A stretch of DNA of 64,000 nt from an uncultured Acidobacteriota bacterium (GTDB lineage: Bacteria > Acidobacteriota > Vicinamibacteria > Vicinamibacterales > CAVVIG01), in contig CAVRVW010000003.1 in NCBI GenBank assembly GCA_963724695.1, forward strand, positions 557,767-621,766, given 5' to 3'. Within the stretch, counting starts at the first letter, position 1, and each line of letters opens with the position of its first letter. The notes under the pieces are model-generated. The model did no database searches and was not told the origin of the DNA. It saw nothing but the letters and a program-made list of their open reading frames with translations. Shown here piece by piece: positions 19,181 to 27,761 of this stretch. The translations under genes were made by a program, and so were the position numbers.

Positions 19181-20064
19181 CGCAGGACCCCTGGGGCTTC
19201 GAGGAAGAAGCCGTCGAGACGTGGGCGGACATCCTCGGCCCGCAGTGGCTGGATCTCGGGCTCCTCAGCGTCTTCATCGCCTTCGCGCTGTTCAGCTTCT
19301 TCAGAAAGAGCAAGCCCCTGAAGTACGCGGCGCTGGTCTTCGCCGTGGCGTACATGGGTTTCGCGAAGAGCTATCTCATTTCGATAGTCAACGTCTTCGG
19401 CGTGATGGATCTGAACCTGCCGATCTTCAGGTACAACCTGGCGTGGTACCTGTTTGCGGTGTTCACCGTCGTGTCGACCGTGCTCTGGGGACGCCTCTAC
19501 TGCGGACGCATCTGCGCGTTCGGCGCGCTGACGCAGTTGATGGACGCCGTCATCCCGTCGAAATTGCGCTGGGAGCCCTCGCTCAAGCTCGAACGTCAGC
19601 TGTCGTGGATCAAGTACGCGGTTCTCGGCGCCGTCGTCCTGTACTTCCTCGTGACGCATGACATGTCGATCTATCCCTACGTCGAGCCGTTCTGGATGTT
19701 CGGGCTCTTCGGATCGGCGGGGCTGTGGATTGGCCTGGGCGTCCTGCTCGTTGCCACCGTGTTCGTGCGCAACCTGTACTGCCGGTTCCTGTGTCCGGTC
19801 GGCGCCACGCTCGGCATCCTGTCGCAGCTGACCGTGTTCAAGATCAAGCGCTGGTCCGAGTGCAAGACGTGCAAGATCTGCGAGAAGACGTGCGAGTGGG
19901 GCGCCATCCAGGGCCCGAAGATCGTGATGTCCGAGTGCGTGCGCTGCGACGACTGCGAGCGGCTGTACATGGACCAGCAGAAGTGCCCGCACTGGATCAT
20001 CATCCGGCGCAAGTCCGACTTCGCGGGCAGACCGGCGGTGACGGCGCCATCACCGACAGCATAG
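19177..20064 (+). CDS. NapH/MauN/NosR-type polytopic 4Fe-4S binding membrane protein
   Basis: Two CxxxCP-type motifs (LYCGRICAFGAL and LYCRFLCPVGAT) sit after TM helices. A C-terminal ferredoxin-like cluster is present: CKTCKICEKTCEWGAI..CVRCDDCERLY..CPH. Confidence 0.8.
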   Translation: MTQDPWGFEEEAVETWADILGPQWLDLGLLSVFIAFALFSFFRKSKPLKYAALVFAVAYMGFAKSYLISIVNVFGVMDLNLPIFRYNLAWYLFAVFTVVSTVLWGRLYCGRICAFGALTQLMDAVIPSKLRWEPSLKLERQLSWIKYAVLGAVVLYFLVTHDMSIYPYVEPFWMFGLFGSAGLWIGLGVLLVATVFVRNLYCRFLCPVGATLGILSQLTVFKIKRWSECKTCKICEKTCEWGAIQGPKIVMSECVRCDDCERLYMDQQKCPHWIIIRRKSDFAGRPAVTAPSPTA

Positions 20065-20117
20065 TGCCGGGGGGCGCCCCCCTAAGAGGCCGTTCTTTTC
20101 TCGCCGAGGGCAAGACG

Positions 20118-20852
20118 ATGAACGTCACGCGCCGGCGATTTCTCGGAACGCTCGGCGCGGCGCCGGCGGTGTGGCCGGCGCTGGCGCGCGGGCAGTCGCA
20201 GGCGCTTCCTGCCGACGCGGTGGTTGCGCCAGGCCGGCACCCGCTGAACCTCGAACGCGGCCGGGACGGGTTCGTGTACGTGCCGCGCGGCTACCAGCCG
20301 GCGCGCGCGTTGCCCTTGATGCTCGTGCTGCATGGAGCGGGCGGGTCGTCGGCCTCCGCTGACGGCTGGTTCCCGCTGGCGGATGAGCACGGCGTGCTCC
20401 TTCTGGCGCCCGACTCCAGACAGTGGACGTGGGACGCGATCCTCGGCAGCTTTGGTCCCGACGTCGACTTTCTGTTCCGTGCGCTCAAGTGGACCGTGCA
20501 GCGCTACGCCGTTGACCGGCGTCGGCTGGCCCTGAGCGGCTTCTCGGACGGCGCGTCGTACGCCTTGTCGCTCGGGATTGGCAACGGCGACGTGTTCACG
20601 CACATCATGGCGCTGTCGCCGGGCGTGATGTCGCCGGCCGTTGCGGCCGGGAAGCCGCGGATCTTCATCTCCCACGGCACCGACGATGGTGTCATGCCGA
20701 TCGACGATACGAGCCGTCGCTTCGTGCCGCGGCTCCAGGCGCTCGAGTACGACGTCACCTACAGGGAGTTCGAGGGCCGGCACACGCTCCCGCCGGAGAT
20801 CCGCCGCGCGGCCATGCTGTGGTTCCTCGCAGGAACGGTCAGTGCCGGTTGA
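20118..20852 (+). CDS. Tat-exported alpha/beta hydrolase (phospholipase/carboxylesterase or PHB-depolymerase-type esterase)
   Basis: The twin-arginine signal is MNVTRRRFLGTLGAAPAVWPALARG. The sequence includes LMLVLHGAGGS, the nucleophile elbow GFSDGAS, and HGTDDGVMPI. Confidence 0.7.
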   Translation: MNVTRRRFLGTLGAAPAVWPALARGQSQALPADAVVAPGRHPLNLERGRDGFVYVPRGYQPARALPLMLVLHGAGGSSASADGWFPLADEHGVLLLAPDSRQWTWDAILGSFGPDVDFLFRALKWTVQRYAVDRRRLALSGFSDGASYALSLGIGNGDVFTHIMALSPGVMSPAVAAGKPRIFISHGTDDGVMPIDDTSRRFVPRLQALEYDVTYREFEGRHTLPPEIRRAAMLWFLAGTVSAG

Positions 20853-21667
20853 TGCCGGAGCGCGGATCGGCGCCGTGCATCTCACGGTGGCCGACCTCGA
20901 GCGACAGGTCGCCTTCTACGAGACGTCGGTCGGCCTCACTGTGCGGCTGCGTGACGAGGGGGTCGCCTGGCTGGGGGCCGGCGGCGAAGACCTCCTGGTC
21001 CTCCACGCACATCCCTCGGCTCGACGGTTTTCCGGTACCACCGGCTTGTACCACTTCGCCGTGCTGGTCCCCACGAGGCGTGATCTGGCGCGCGCGCTCA
21101 GACGCCTCGTCGACGCCAGAACGAGCCTGCAGGGCGTCGCGGATCACGGTGTCAGCGAAGCCCTGTACCTGGCCGACCCCGAGGGCAACGGCATCGAGAT
21201 CTACCGCGACCGTCCGCGCGAGGCGTGGCCGACGGTTGGCGGTCAGCTCCAGATGGGGACCGATCCGCTGGACCTCGACGGGCTGCTCTCCGAGCTCGGT
21301 GGCGACGTGCCGCCAGACGAACGCATGGCGCCCGCGACCACAATCGGTCACGTGCACTTGCACGTCGCCGACCTTGCCGCCACCGAGCAGTTCTACACGG
21401 GCGTCCTGGGGTTCGAGCTGACGCAGCGCTTCGGCCGGTCGGCGTCCTTCTTCGCGGCCGGCGGCTACCACCACCACATCGGCGCCAATATCTGGGCGGG
21501 CGCCGGCGCGCCGCCTCCGCCTCCCGGTGCGCTCGGCCTCGACCACTTCGAAATTGCGGGGTCGGGTTTGGTTTTCGATCCCACGTCCGATCGAAAACCA
21601 GAGCCCGACCCCATCCTCGCTGATTCGCGACCCGTCCGGGAATGCCATCCGCCTGGTGGGAAGTTGA
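20842..21667 (+). pseudogene. Two-domain VOC (glyoxalase/extradiol dioxygenase-like) protein, second domain interrupted by a palindromic element
   Basis: Domain 1 is intact (IGAVHLTVADLERQVAFYE...GLYHFAVLVP...LYLADPEGNGIEIY). Domain 2 runs IGHVHLHVADLAATEQFY...GGYHHHIGANIW...GLDHFEI, then the 55-nt element. The C-terminal LIRDPSGNAIRLVGS-stop is in the +1 frame. Confidence 0.75.
21558..21612. repeat. 55-nt imperfect palindromic element inserted in a coding sequence
   Basis: Left arm GGGGTCGGGTTTGGTTTTCGATC, loop CCACGTCC, right arm GATCGAAAACCAGAGCCCGACCCC (one mismatch and one indel). Deleting these 55 nt puts GLDHFEIA back in frame with SSLIRDPSGNAIRLVGS. Confidence 0.8.
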
Positions 21668-22083
21668 TCCGGCAGGCCCTGGTACGCGGCCTGAACAAGC
21701 GCTGCCCGCACTGCGGCCAGGGCCCGCTTTTCGCGGGGTGGGATCACCTCGAGCGCTGCCATGTCTGCGGGCTTGTCTTCGAGCGTAACGCCGGTGACAC
21801 CTGGGCGTTCACGATCCTGGGCGATCGTCTTCCGCTCGGCGTGCTCGTGGCCGTGGTGTACTTCGGCCTGGGGCGCGAACACCCCTGGTTGGGCCTTGCG
21901 GCCTTCGCCGCGATCGGCGCGCTGTTTCTCTGGACCTCGCCGAATCGGTGGGGCGTCGGCATCGCCCTGCACTATCTTTCGCGAGTCCAGTGGCCGGATC
22001 CGGACGACCCCGTTCCCCCTTTCGGGGAAGTCAGAACTGAGAACGAGAATTCGAATCAGAACCTGCACCCGAACGTGAACTGA
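21664..22083 (+). CDS. DUF983 domain-containing membrane protein
   Basis: The zinc-ribbon-like motif is RCPHCGQGPLF...CHVCGL, followed by two TM helices. A TTG start at 21664 after GGTGGGAAG is the only nearby in-frame start. The C-terminal tail ENENSNQNLHPNVN reads through a GAAC-rich low-complexity tract. Confidence 0.65.
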   Translation: MIRQALVRGLNKRCPHCGQGPLFAGWDHLERCHVCGLVFERNAGDTWAFTILGDRLPLGVLVAVVYFGLGREHPWLGLAAFAAIGALFLWTSPNRWGVGIALHYLSRVQWPDPDDPVPPFGEVRTENENSNQNLHPNVN

Positions 22084-22099
22084 ACTCTGAACCGGTGTC

Positions 22100-23523
22100 C
22101 AGCGCACGTCCGTCAGCCTCAACTGCTGCCTGATGCGATCGAAAGCGGCGCGGTACGAGGGCTCTTCGTTCTCCGGAACGATGGTCATGTAGTAGAAGAG
22201 GTTCCCGTCGCTCAGGAAGGTCGTGAACATGTCGATCCGCTCACGCCCGCCGAGTGGGGAAGGGTTCACGAGCGGCGTCGCAATGGCCGAGCGCTGCGAG
22301 ATCCGCGTGGACTGCTGGTCGCCGGCAATGCGCAGGTCCGGGTTGCCTTGACGAAGGTCGTCGAGCCACGCATCGGTGGCGTCGCGGAGGTCGCGCGATG
22401 CGGGACGCGTGATGCCGAACTCGACGCCGTGGGTGAAGACGGACTGTCCGTTCAAGTTGCCGTAGCCGTTCTGGGGCACAGCCTTCACGGACCGGCTCGA
22501 CGACAGGTTGGTCCAGTTGCTGGGAACGACCGTCTCGAAGAGGCCGGCGTTCAGCCGCTTGTACTGCGTGGACGGCTTCGGCACGCGCTCGCCCGGCGTG
22601 CCGACGGAGCTCGGCGTCTCTGCCCTCGCCGTTGGTCCGGCTGGTGACCTCTTTCATGGTCTTCGCGCGAGGCAGCGCGTTGAAGCTTTCCTTGATCGCC
22701 GCAAACCGGCCCGTGTCCCCTCTGGAGGCGATCTGCAGCGACTCGGCTTCCTTGGTGATGTAGGCGGTGCGATTGCCGGGATTCGGGTGGCTGCTCAGCC
22801 ACTCGGGCGACCCTCCGGACTTGCTCTCTTTCTCGATCGTCTCGAACATCCGCGCGAGCGCACGCGGGTCGTAGCCGGCGCGCGCCATGATCTGCGCGCC
22901 GAGAAGGTCGGCCTGCTTCTCGAACTCCCGGCCGTATTTCATCAGCAAGCTGCCCAGCCCGAACTGCGTGCCCTGCATGATGGCCGAGCCCGCCGACCCG
23001 CCGACCACGGCGCCGCCGAGAATGCCCGCGATCTGGCCGATCTGCAGCCAGGGGTTTTGCGCCTTCGAGGCGTTCGCCGTGCCGTGCCTGAAGCAGCACG
23101 TGCGAGAGCTCGTGCGCCATCACGCCCGACGACTTCGCCCTCGCTGGTCGCGGCGTCGAACATGCCGCGATGCACGAACATCGGCCCGCCCGGCAGCGCA
23201 AAGGCGTTGATCTCCTTCACGTTCACCGGCGTAAACGAATATTCGTAGACGGGCTGCTTGAACTCCGCGGGCGCGACGTCCACGAGCCGATCGCCCAGCT
23301 CGGTCAAGTACCTCGTGATGGTGCGGTCCTCGATGACCGGGAACTGCTTCCGAACTTCCGCTGCGCCTTCACGCCCGATCTTGACGTCCTGCTCCGGCGT
23401 GTACTTGTTCTTCGGCAGCTCGATCTTCGTTTGTGCCAGCAGCGAGCCAGCGAGACCGGCGCTCAGCGCGAGCGCCAGCAGCGAAGCCTTTCGGCGGGTC
23501 GTTACGTGAAGAGTTGGCTTCAT
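22100..23523 (-). pseudogene. Secreted M48-family zinc metalloprotease, at least 3 frameshifts, 3' end unresolved
   Basis: ATG at 23523 is followed by the signal peptide MKPTLHVTTRRKASLLALALSAGLAGSLLAQ. The sequence includes INAFALPGGPMFVHRG and GVMAHELSHVLL (HExxH), then GREFEKQADLLGAQIMARAGYDP. A C-terminal domain follows (PKPSTQYKRLNAGLFETVVPSNW...). Frame changes fall near 23090, 23010 and 22610. No in-frame stop occurs before 20839. Confidence 0.75.
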
Positions 23524-23600
23524 CAGCATCCTCGGATTTTCGTCACCCATGCTTATGCATGTTTCGATCCGACTCCTGAGGAGGACAACCCGGCCACGAC

Positions 23601-24464
23601 CTACGGCCCGAAACTCGAGATTGCCTGAACTTTCCACGCGCCGCCACGGTTCGTCACGAGCGCCAGAGCTTCGTAACTCGACATGGCGCTGCCGTCGCGG
23701 CCCCGGCGGGAATACCGGAAGGTAATGTTGACCCCCGCAGTGCTCACCTGAACCGCGTCGGCCTGCTCGAGCCGCGTTTCGAACCACGTACGCTGGCGTC
23801 CGGGCTCCGCGCCGCGAAGAAACTCGGCCGGTGACGCCGACACGTCCACCGTCCCGTCGGCGATGCGCACGTACGGATAGTTGAAGGTCGCCGCCAGCGC
23901 CTCCCCGTTATGGCCGTTCCACGCCGCGAAGTGGGCCTTGAGGGCGGCGAGCGCCGCGGCGCCGTTGGCGGTCGTGGTGGTGGCGTCGATGCCAGTGGGT
24001 CCGGCCGCAAAACGGGAAAGGACCCCCCAGCGTCCCTGGTGCTCCGTGACGATGTAGGTGATGGCGCTGCCCGTCAGGGTCTTGCCCTCGGCGGTGTAGC
24101 GGGTCCACTGGCCCGAGACGTGGACCTTGTCGACACCGACCTGCAGCACTCGGCGCGAGTCCCACTCGCTATGGTGCCACCCGGTCTTCAGCGTCTGCCC
24201 GAAGTCCACCCCTGCGGCGTACTCTTCCGGCGTTTTGCTGATGGCGAACTCGCCCGGCGAAGGCCGCACGTGGGGGAAATGAAGCGATCCGGCCCAGCGC
24301 AGCGGCTCGCGCGAGTTCCATGTCTCGAGGTAGCGGTCGAGCGCCTGCAGCGCGAAATGCGATCGCAGCGCAGTGGCCTCCGGCCCGAGCGGCGTCTGTG
24401 CCGAGATCAGTGTGCCAGTGGCGACGACGAGACAGGCCAGGGAGGTGCGCTTGACGGTGAGCAT
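23601..24464 (-). CDS. Secreted protein with two NTF2/SnoaL-like halves, function unknown
   Basis: Intact 287-aa ORF with the signal peptide MLTVKRTSLACLVVATGTLISAQ. There is an internal two-fold repeat pattern (LDRYLETWNS... and LKAHFAAWNG...). Confidence 0.55.
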   Translation of the reverse strand: MLTVKRTSLACLVVATGTLISAQTPLGPEATALRSHFALQALDRYLETWNSREPLRWAGSLHFPHVRPSPGEFAISKTPEEYAAGVDFGQTLKTGWHHSEWDSRRVLQVGVDKVHVSGQWTRYTAEGKTLTGSAITYIVTEHQGRWGVLSRFAAGPTGIDATTTTANGAAALAALKAHFAAWNGHNGEALAATFNYPYVRIADGTVDVSASPAEFLRGAEPGRQRTWFETRLEQADAVQVSTAGVNITFRYSRRGRDGSAMSSYEALALVTNRGGAWKVQAISSFGP

Positions 24465-24946
24465 GCCGATAGGGTGCCCCCGAATCGGGATTCTCGCAAG
24501 CTGCTGGCCGTAGCCGCGTCGATGAGGACGACGTTGAGCCGGTAGAACAGGGCCTCGAGGAAGTCACCGCGCTCGACCGACCGTGCGAGCGGCGCCGCGG
24601 TGATCGATAGCACCTGCACGCCCAGGCAGCCCGTGGTCATCCAATCGTGCAGCGCCTGCTGCTGCGGCGGCGTGAGGGCCTCAACGTTCTCCAGCAGCAG
24701 CGTGCCCTGCGTCGCGGTGGTGAGGTCAAACGCGCAGGGGAGCTGGTAGCGCCGGTGAGGTTCGCGGCACACGCGCAACAGGGCGCTCGACACGGCGCCG
24801 ACGGCCGTCGAGGCGCACTCGACCAGCACGTTCGGTCGGTGCTCCATGGCCAGCAGCTGCTCGAGCAACGACGCATCGGACATTCCGCCGAAATTATGGT
24901 CTTGCCGGGACTTCATGGGTCGGACCCTCTTGCTGGGATGAGACAT
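24407..24946 (-). CDS. Stand-alone degenerate sigma54-interaction (AAA+) domain remnant
   Basis: It aligns by eye to the NtrC-type central domain: NVLVECASTAVG replaces Walker A GESGTGKE. GTLLLENVEALTPPQQQAL replaces GTLFLDEI..L....Q..L. The block RGDFLEALFYRLNVVLI is retained. The GAFTGA region is absent. The 3' end overlaps the next gene by 58 nt. Confidence 0.5.
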   Translation of the reverse strand: MSHPSKRVRPMKSRQDHNFGGMSDASLLEQLLAMEHRPNVLVECASTAVGAVSSALLRVCREPHRRYQLPCAFDLTTATQGTLLLENVEALTPPQQQALHDWMTTGCLGVQVLSITAAPLARSVERGDFLEALFYRLNVVLIDAATASSLRESRFGGTLSACSPSSAPPWPVSSSPLAH

Positions 24947-25071
24947 CCTGCCACGCTGTGCGCAAACCTAAGATCTAGGTCGATCCCTAGTTCACGAAGA
25001 CGTAGCTTTTTGTCGCGTACTGACAACACTGTTGTGTTTCGGTCGTGCGACGAAGGGGCAAAAAAGTGGGC

Positions 25072-25728
25072 TTACGTGGCGGAGGGGTCAATCAGGCCCT
25101 CCTGCACGGCGTAGCGGGTCAGCTCCGCCACGCTTCTGGCGTTCAACTTCGCCATCAACCGCCCGCGGTGAAACTCCACCGTCTTGACCGAGACCCCCAG
25201 GACCTCCGCCATCTCCTTGTTTTGCCGGCCCTCGGCAACGAGCTGCAGGATCTGGCGCTGACGGTCGGTCAGCACGGTCGCCGCCCGGGTCACCTTGCCG
25301 GCCGAGGCGCGCAGGCTTTCGATGACGTCCGAACCGAACTCCGGCGAGATGTAGATCCGGCCTCGCCTGGCGTGGTCGAGGGCCGTCAGCAGCTCCTCGG
25401 CGGCGCCGGTCTTGAGCACGTATGCCACGGCCCCGGTATCGAGCGCCCGCCGCAAGTACATCGGGCTGGCATGCATCGTCAGGAACACGACGATCACCTC
25501 CGGCCGCGCCTGGCGGATTTGCCGGGCCGCGTCGATACCATTCAGGACCGGCATGCTCACATCGAGCACGATGATATCGGGCCGAAGCCGCTCGGCCGCT
25601 TCGACGATGGCGCGGCCATCCTGCGCGGTTCCGACGATCTCGTACCGCGGCGAGAGAAGGGTCCGGATGCCGTTGAGGATGAGCGGGTGATCGTCACCGA
25701 GCAGGATGCGAGGTGGGCCTGTCATCAT
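25072..25728 (-). CDS. NarL/FixJ-family response regulator (REC + LuxR HTH)
   Basis: The REC domain includes ILLGDDHPL and DIIVLDVSMPVLNG. The HTH is LTDRQRQILQLVAEGRQNKEMAEVLGVSVKTVEFHR. The start overlaps the kinase stop (ATGA). Confidence 0.9.
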   Translation of the reverse strand: MMTGPPRILLGDDHPLILNGIRTLLSPRYEIVGTAQDGRAIVEAAERLRPDIIVLDVSMPVLNGIDAARQIRQARPEVIVVFLTMHASPMYLRRALDTGAVAYVLKTGAAEELLTALDHARRGRIYISPEFGSDVIESLRASAGKVTRAATVLTDRQRQILQLVAEGRQNKEMAEVLGVSVKTVEFHRGRLMAKLNARSVAELTRYAVQEGLIDPSAT

Positions 25729-27617
25729 TCCCTTCCCAATGGCACCGTCGCGACGATTCGGGTGCCGCCGCCCGGGCGCGGCAAGACCCTGAAGGTCCCG
25801 TCTACCAGGCGCATGCGCTCTTCCATGCTGACCAGGCCGAGTCCGGCCGAGCCCCGACTTCCCTGATCGGCGATCCCCACACCATTGTCGTTGACCTCGA
25901 GCTCCAGCGCGTGGGTGGAGCGGCGAAGCGACACCTCCACCGACGAGGCGTGCGCGTGCTTCGCGGCATTGGCGACACTCTCCTGGGCCACACGATACAG
26001 GGCGGATGCCGCCGTCAGCCCGATGCCGGAGTCGTCCACCTGTCCGGAGCCGTCGAACGTGATCGGCAGGCCCCGGGCCCTGCGGAACTCGTCGCAAAAG
26101 CCTTCGAGGGCAACGCTCAGGCCGAGATCCTCGATGAGCGCCGGGTGCAGCCCGTGCGAGACCCGCCGGACGTCGCGGGAGATCTGGACGACACGCTCCT
26201 GAAGCTCGTGCAGGCGTGCGCGCATCGCCTCGGGTGAGGCCGGCAACTCGCCCGCCAGCGTCCCAATCTCGATCGATGCGAGCGCCAGCTGCTGCGTCAC
26301 ATCGTCGTGCAGCTCCCGGGCGAGCCGGCGGCGTTCGTCTTCCTGCGCGGTCAGCAGGCTGGCGCTGAGCGCACGCAGCGCGCGTTCGCTTTCCTGCAAG
26401 GCGCGGGTGCGATCGAGGACGCGTGCTTCGAGCTCATGGTGGGCCCGGCTCAGGGCCTCCTGCGCGTGCCTGCGATCTGTGATGTCGGTCAGGGCGCCGA
26501 CCATGCGCACCGGACGGCCCGAGGCGTCGCGGACCGCTTCGCCACGTGAGAGCACCCACCGGTATCCGCCGTCGCGATGGCGCAGGCGCAGCTCGACCTC
26601 ATACCGTGCGCCTTCCTCGTAATGCCGGCGGAGCGCCTCGTGCACGGCGGCCGCGTCGTCTGGATGGACCCGGTCGAAGAACGAGGACTCGTTGTAGGGC
26701 ACCGCGTCGTCGCGCGACCCGACGATCTCCTTCCAGCGCGGCGACTGGTAATGCTCCCCGGTCCGGATGTTCCAGTCCCAGAGCCCGTCGTTGACGCCCC
26801 GCTCGAACAGCGCGTAGCGCTCTTCGCTGGCGCGGAGCTGGGCTTCGGCATGCTTGCGGCTGTCGATATCGGTGAGCGCGCCGACCATCCGCACGGGGCG
26901 GCCGGCCTCGTCGCGGACGGCCTCGCCGCGAGAGAGCACCCATCGGTAGCCGCCATCACGATGCCGGAGGCGGACTTCGACTTCGTAGCGCGCGCCTTCC
27001 TCGTAGTGCCGGCGGAGCGCCTCCGCCACGGCCGCCGAGTCGTCTGGATGGATCCGGTCGAAGAAGGAAGACTCGGTATTGGGCACCGCGTCGTCGCGCG
27101 AGCCCACGATCTCCTTCCAGCGCGTCGAGTGGTAGTGCTCGCCCGTCTGCACGTTCCAGTCCCAGATGCCGTCGTTGACGCCGCGCTCGAACAGCGTATG
27201 GCGCTCCTCGCTGGCGCGCAGCCGCTCTTCGGCCTCCTTGCGGTCGGTGACATCCAGGATGGTGCCGACGCGCCTGGCGTAACGATGCCCGGCCTGGTCC
27301 TCTTCGAAGAACGTCTGGGCGTTGGTCGTCACCCAGCGGATCCGGCCGTCCGGGAGCAGGAGACGGTGCTCGATCGACAGCAGGCCGTCACCGGCCGGAT
27401 CGTCGGCGCGCCCAATCGAGGCGGCGACCTTGGCGCGATCCCCGGGATGAACACGGTCGAGGAACCCGGGCACCGTCACCGTCTCATCAGCAGACCAGCC
27501 GAAGATTTCACGCAGTCGTGGCGTGACCGTGAGGGTCTGTTCACGGAGGTCGCGTTCGAAGGCGCCGAGCCCGGCGACAGTCAACGCCTGCCGCAGCCGT
27601 TCAGCGCTGCTGATCAC
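25725..27617 (-). CDS. Sensor histidine kinase with three PAS domains, HisKA_3 and HATPase_c
   Basis: The H-box is LARELHDDVTQQL. The ATPase motifs are ESVANAAKHA, DNGVGI and GLGLVSMEERM. The proposed start is GTG 27617 (VISSAERLRQ). The 940-aa ORF in the track continues upstream only as antisense of the aldo-keto reductase. Confidence 0.85.
   Translation of the reverse strand: MISSAERLRQALTVAGLGAFERDLREQTLTVTPRLREIFGWSADETVTVPGFLDRVHPGDRAKVAASIGRADDPAGDGLLSIEHRLLLPDGRIRWVTTNAQTFFEEDQAGHRYARRVGTILDVTDRKEAEERLRASEERHTLFERGVNDGIWDWNVQTGEHYHSTRWKEIVGSRDDAVPNTESSFFDRIHPDDSAAVAEALRRHYEEGARYEVEVRLRHRDGGYRWVLSRGEAVRDEAGRPVRMVGALTDIDSRKHAEAQLRASEERYALFERGVNDGLWDWNIRTGEHYQSPRWKEIVGSRDDAVPYNESSFFDRVHPDDAAAVHEALRRHYEEGARYEVELRLRHRDGGYRWVLSRGEAVRDASGRPVRMVGALTDITDRRHAQEALSRAHHELEARVLDRTRALQESERALRALSASLLTAQEDERRRLARELHDDVTQQLALASIEIGTLAGELPASPEAMRARLHELQERVVQISRDVRRVSHGLHPALIEDLGLSVALEGFCDEFRRARGLPITFDGSGQVDDSGIGLTAASALYRVAQESVANAAKHAHASSVEVSLRRSTHALELEVNDNGVGIADQGSRGSAGLGLVSMEERMRLVDGTFRVLPRPGGGTRIVATVPLGRE
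26481..27248. repeat. Tandem duplication of a 384-nt PAS-domain module inside the kinase gene
   Basis: Two consecutive 128-aa blocks are highly similar: LRASEERHTLFERGVNDGIWDWNVQTGEHYHSTRWKEIVGSRDDAVP... versus LRASEERYALFERGVNDGLWDWNIRTGEHYQSPRWKEIVGSRDDAVP.... Confidence 0.85.
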
Positions 27618-27761
27618 GATCCCTGGCCCGGGCGCCCCGAGCCCGCTGCTCCATGCTGTAAGGGTGCGACGGAATGGCGATTGGTGCAAGATTTGACTTC
27701 TGCTGTGCGGGGTGCAAGGGTCAGGGCCCCCGATGACGGTCTGCGAAACAAGAGGGCGCCG

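Noticed and set aside
20641-22083. A 480-aa ORF that looks like a VOC-DUF983 fusion protein.
   Set aside because: The join runs through the 55-nt palindromic element. The genuine VOC C-terminus (LIRDPSGNAIRLVGS-stop) is in another frame, and DUF983 has its own plausible TTG start with an SD-like sequence. The first ~65 codons are antisense-like filler overlapping the esterase gene.
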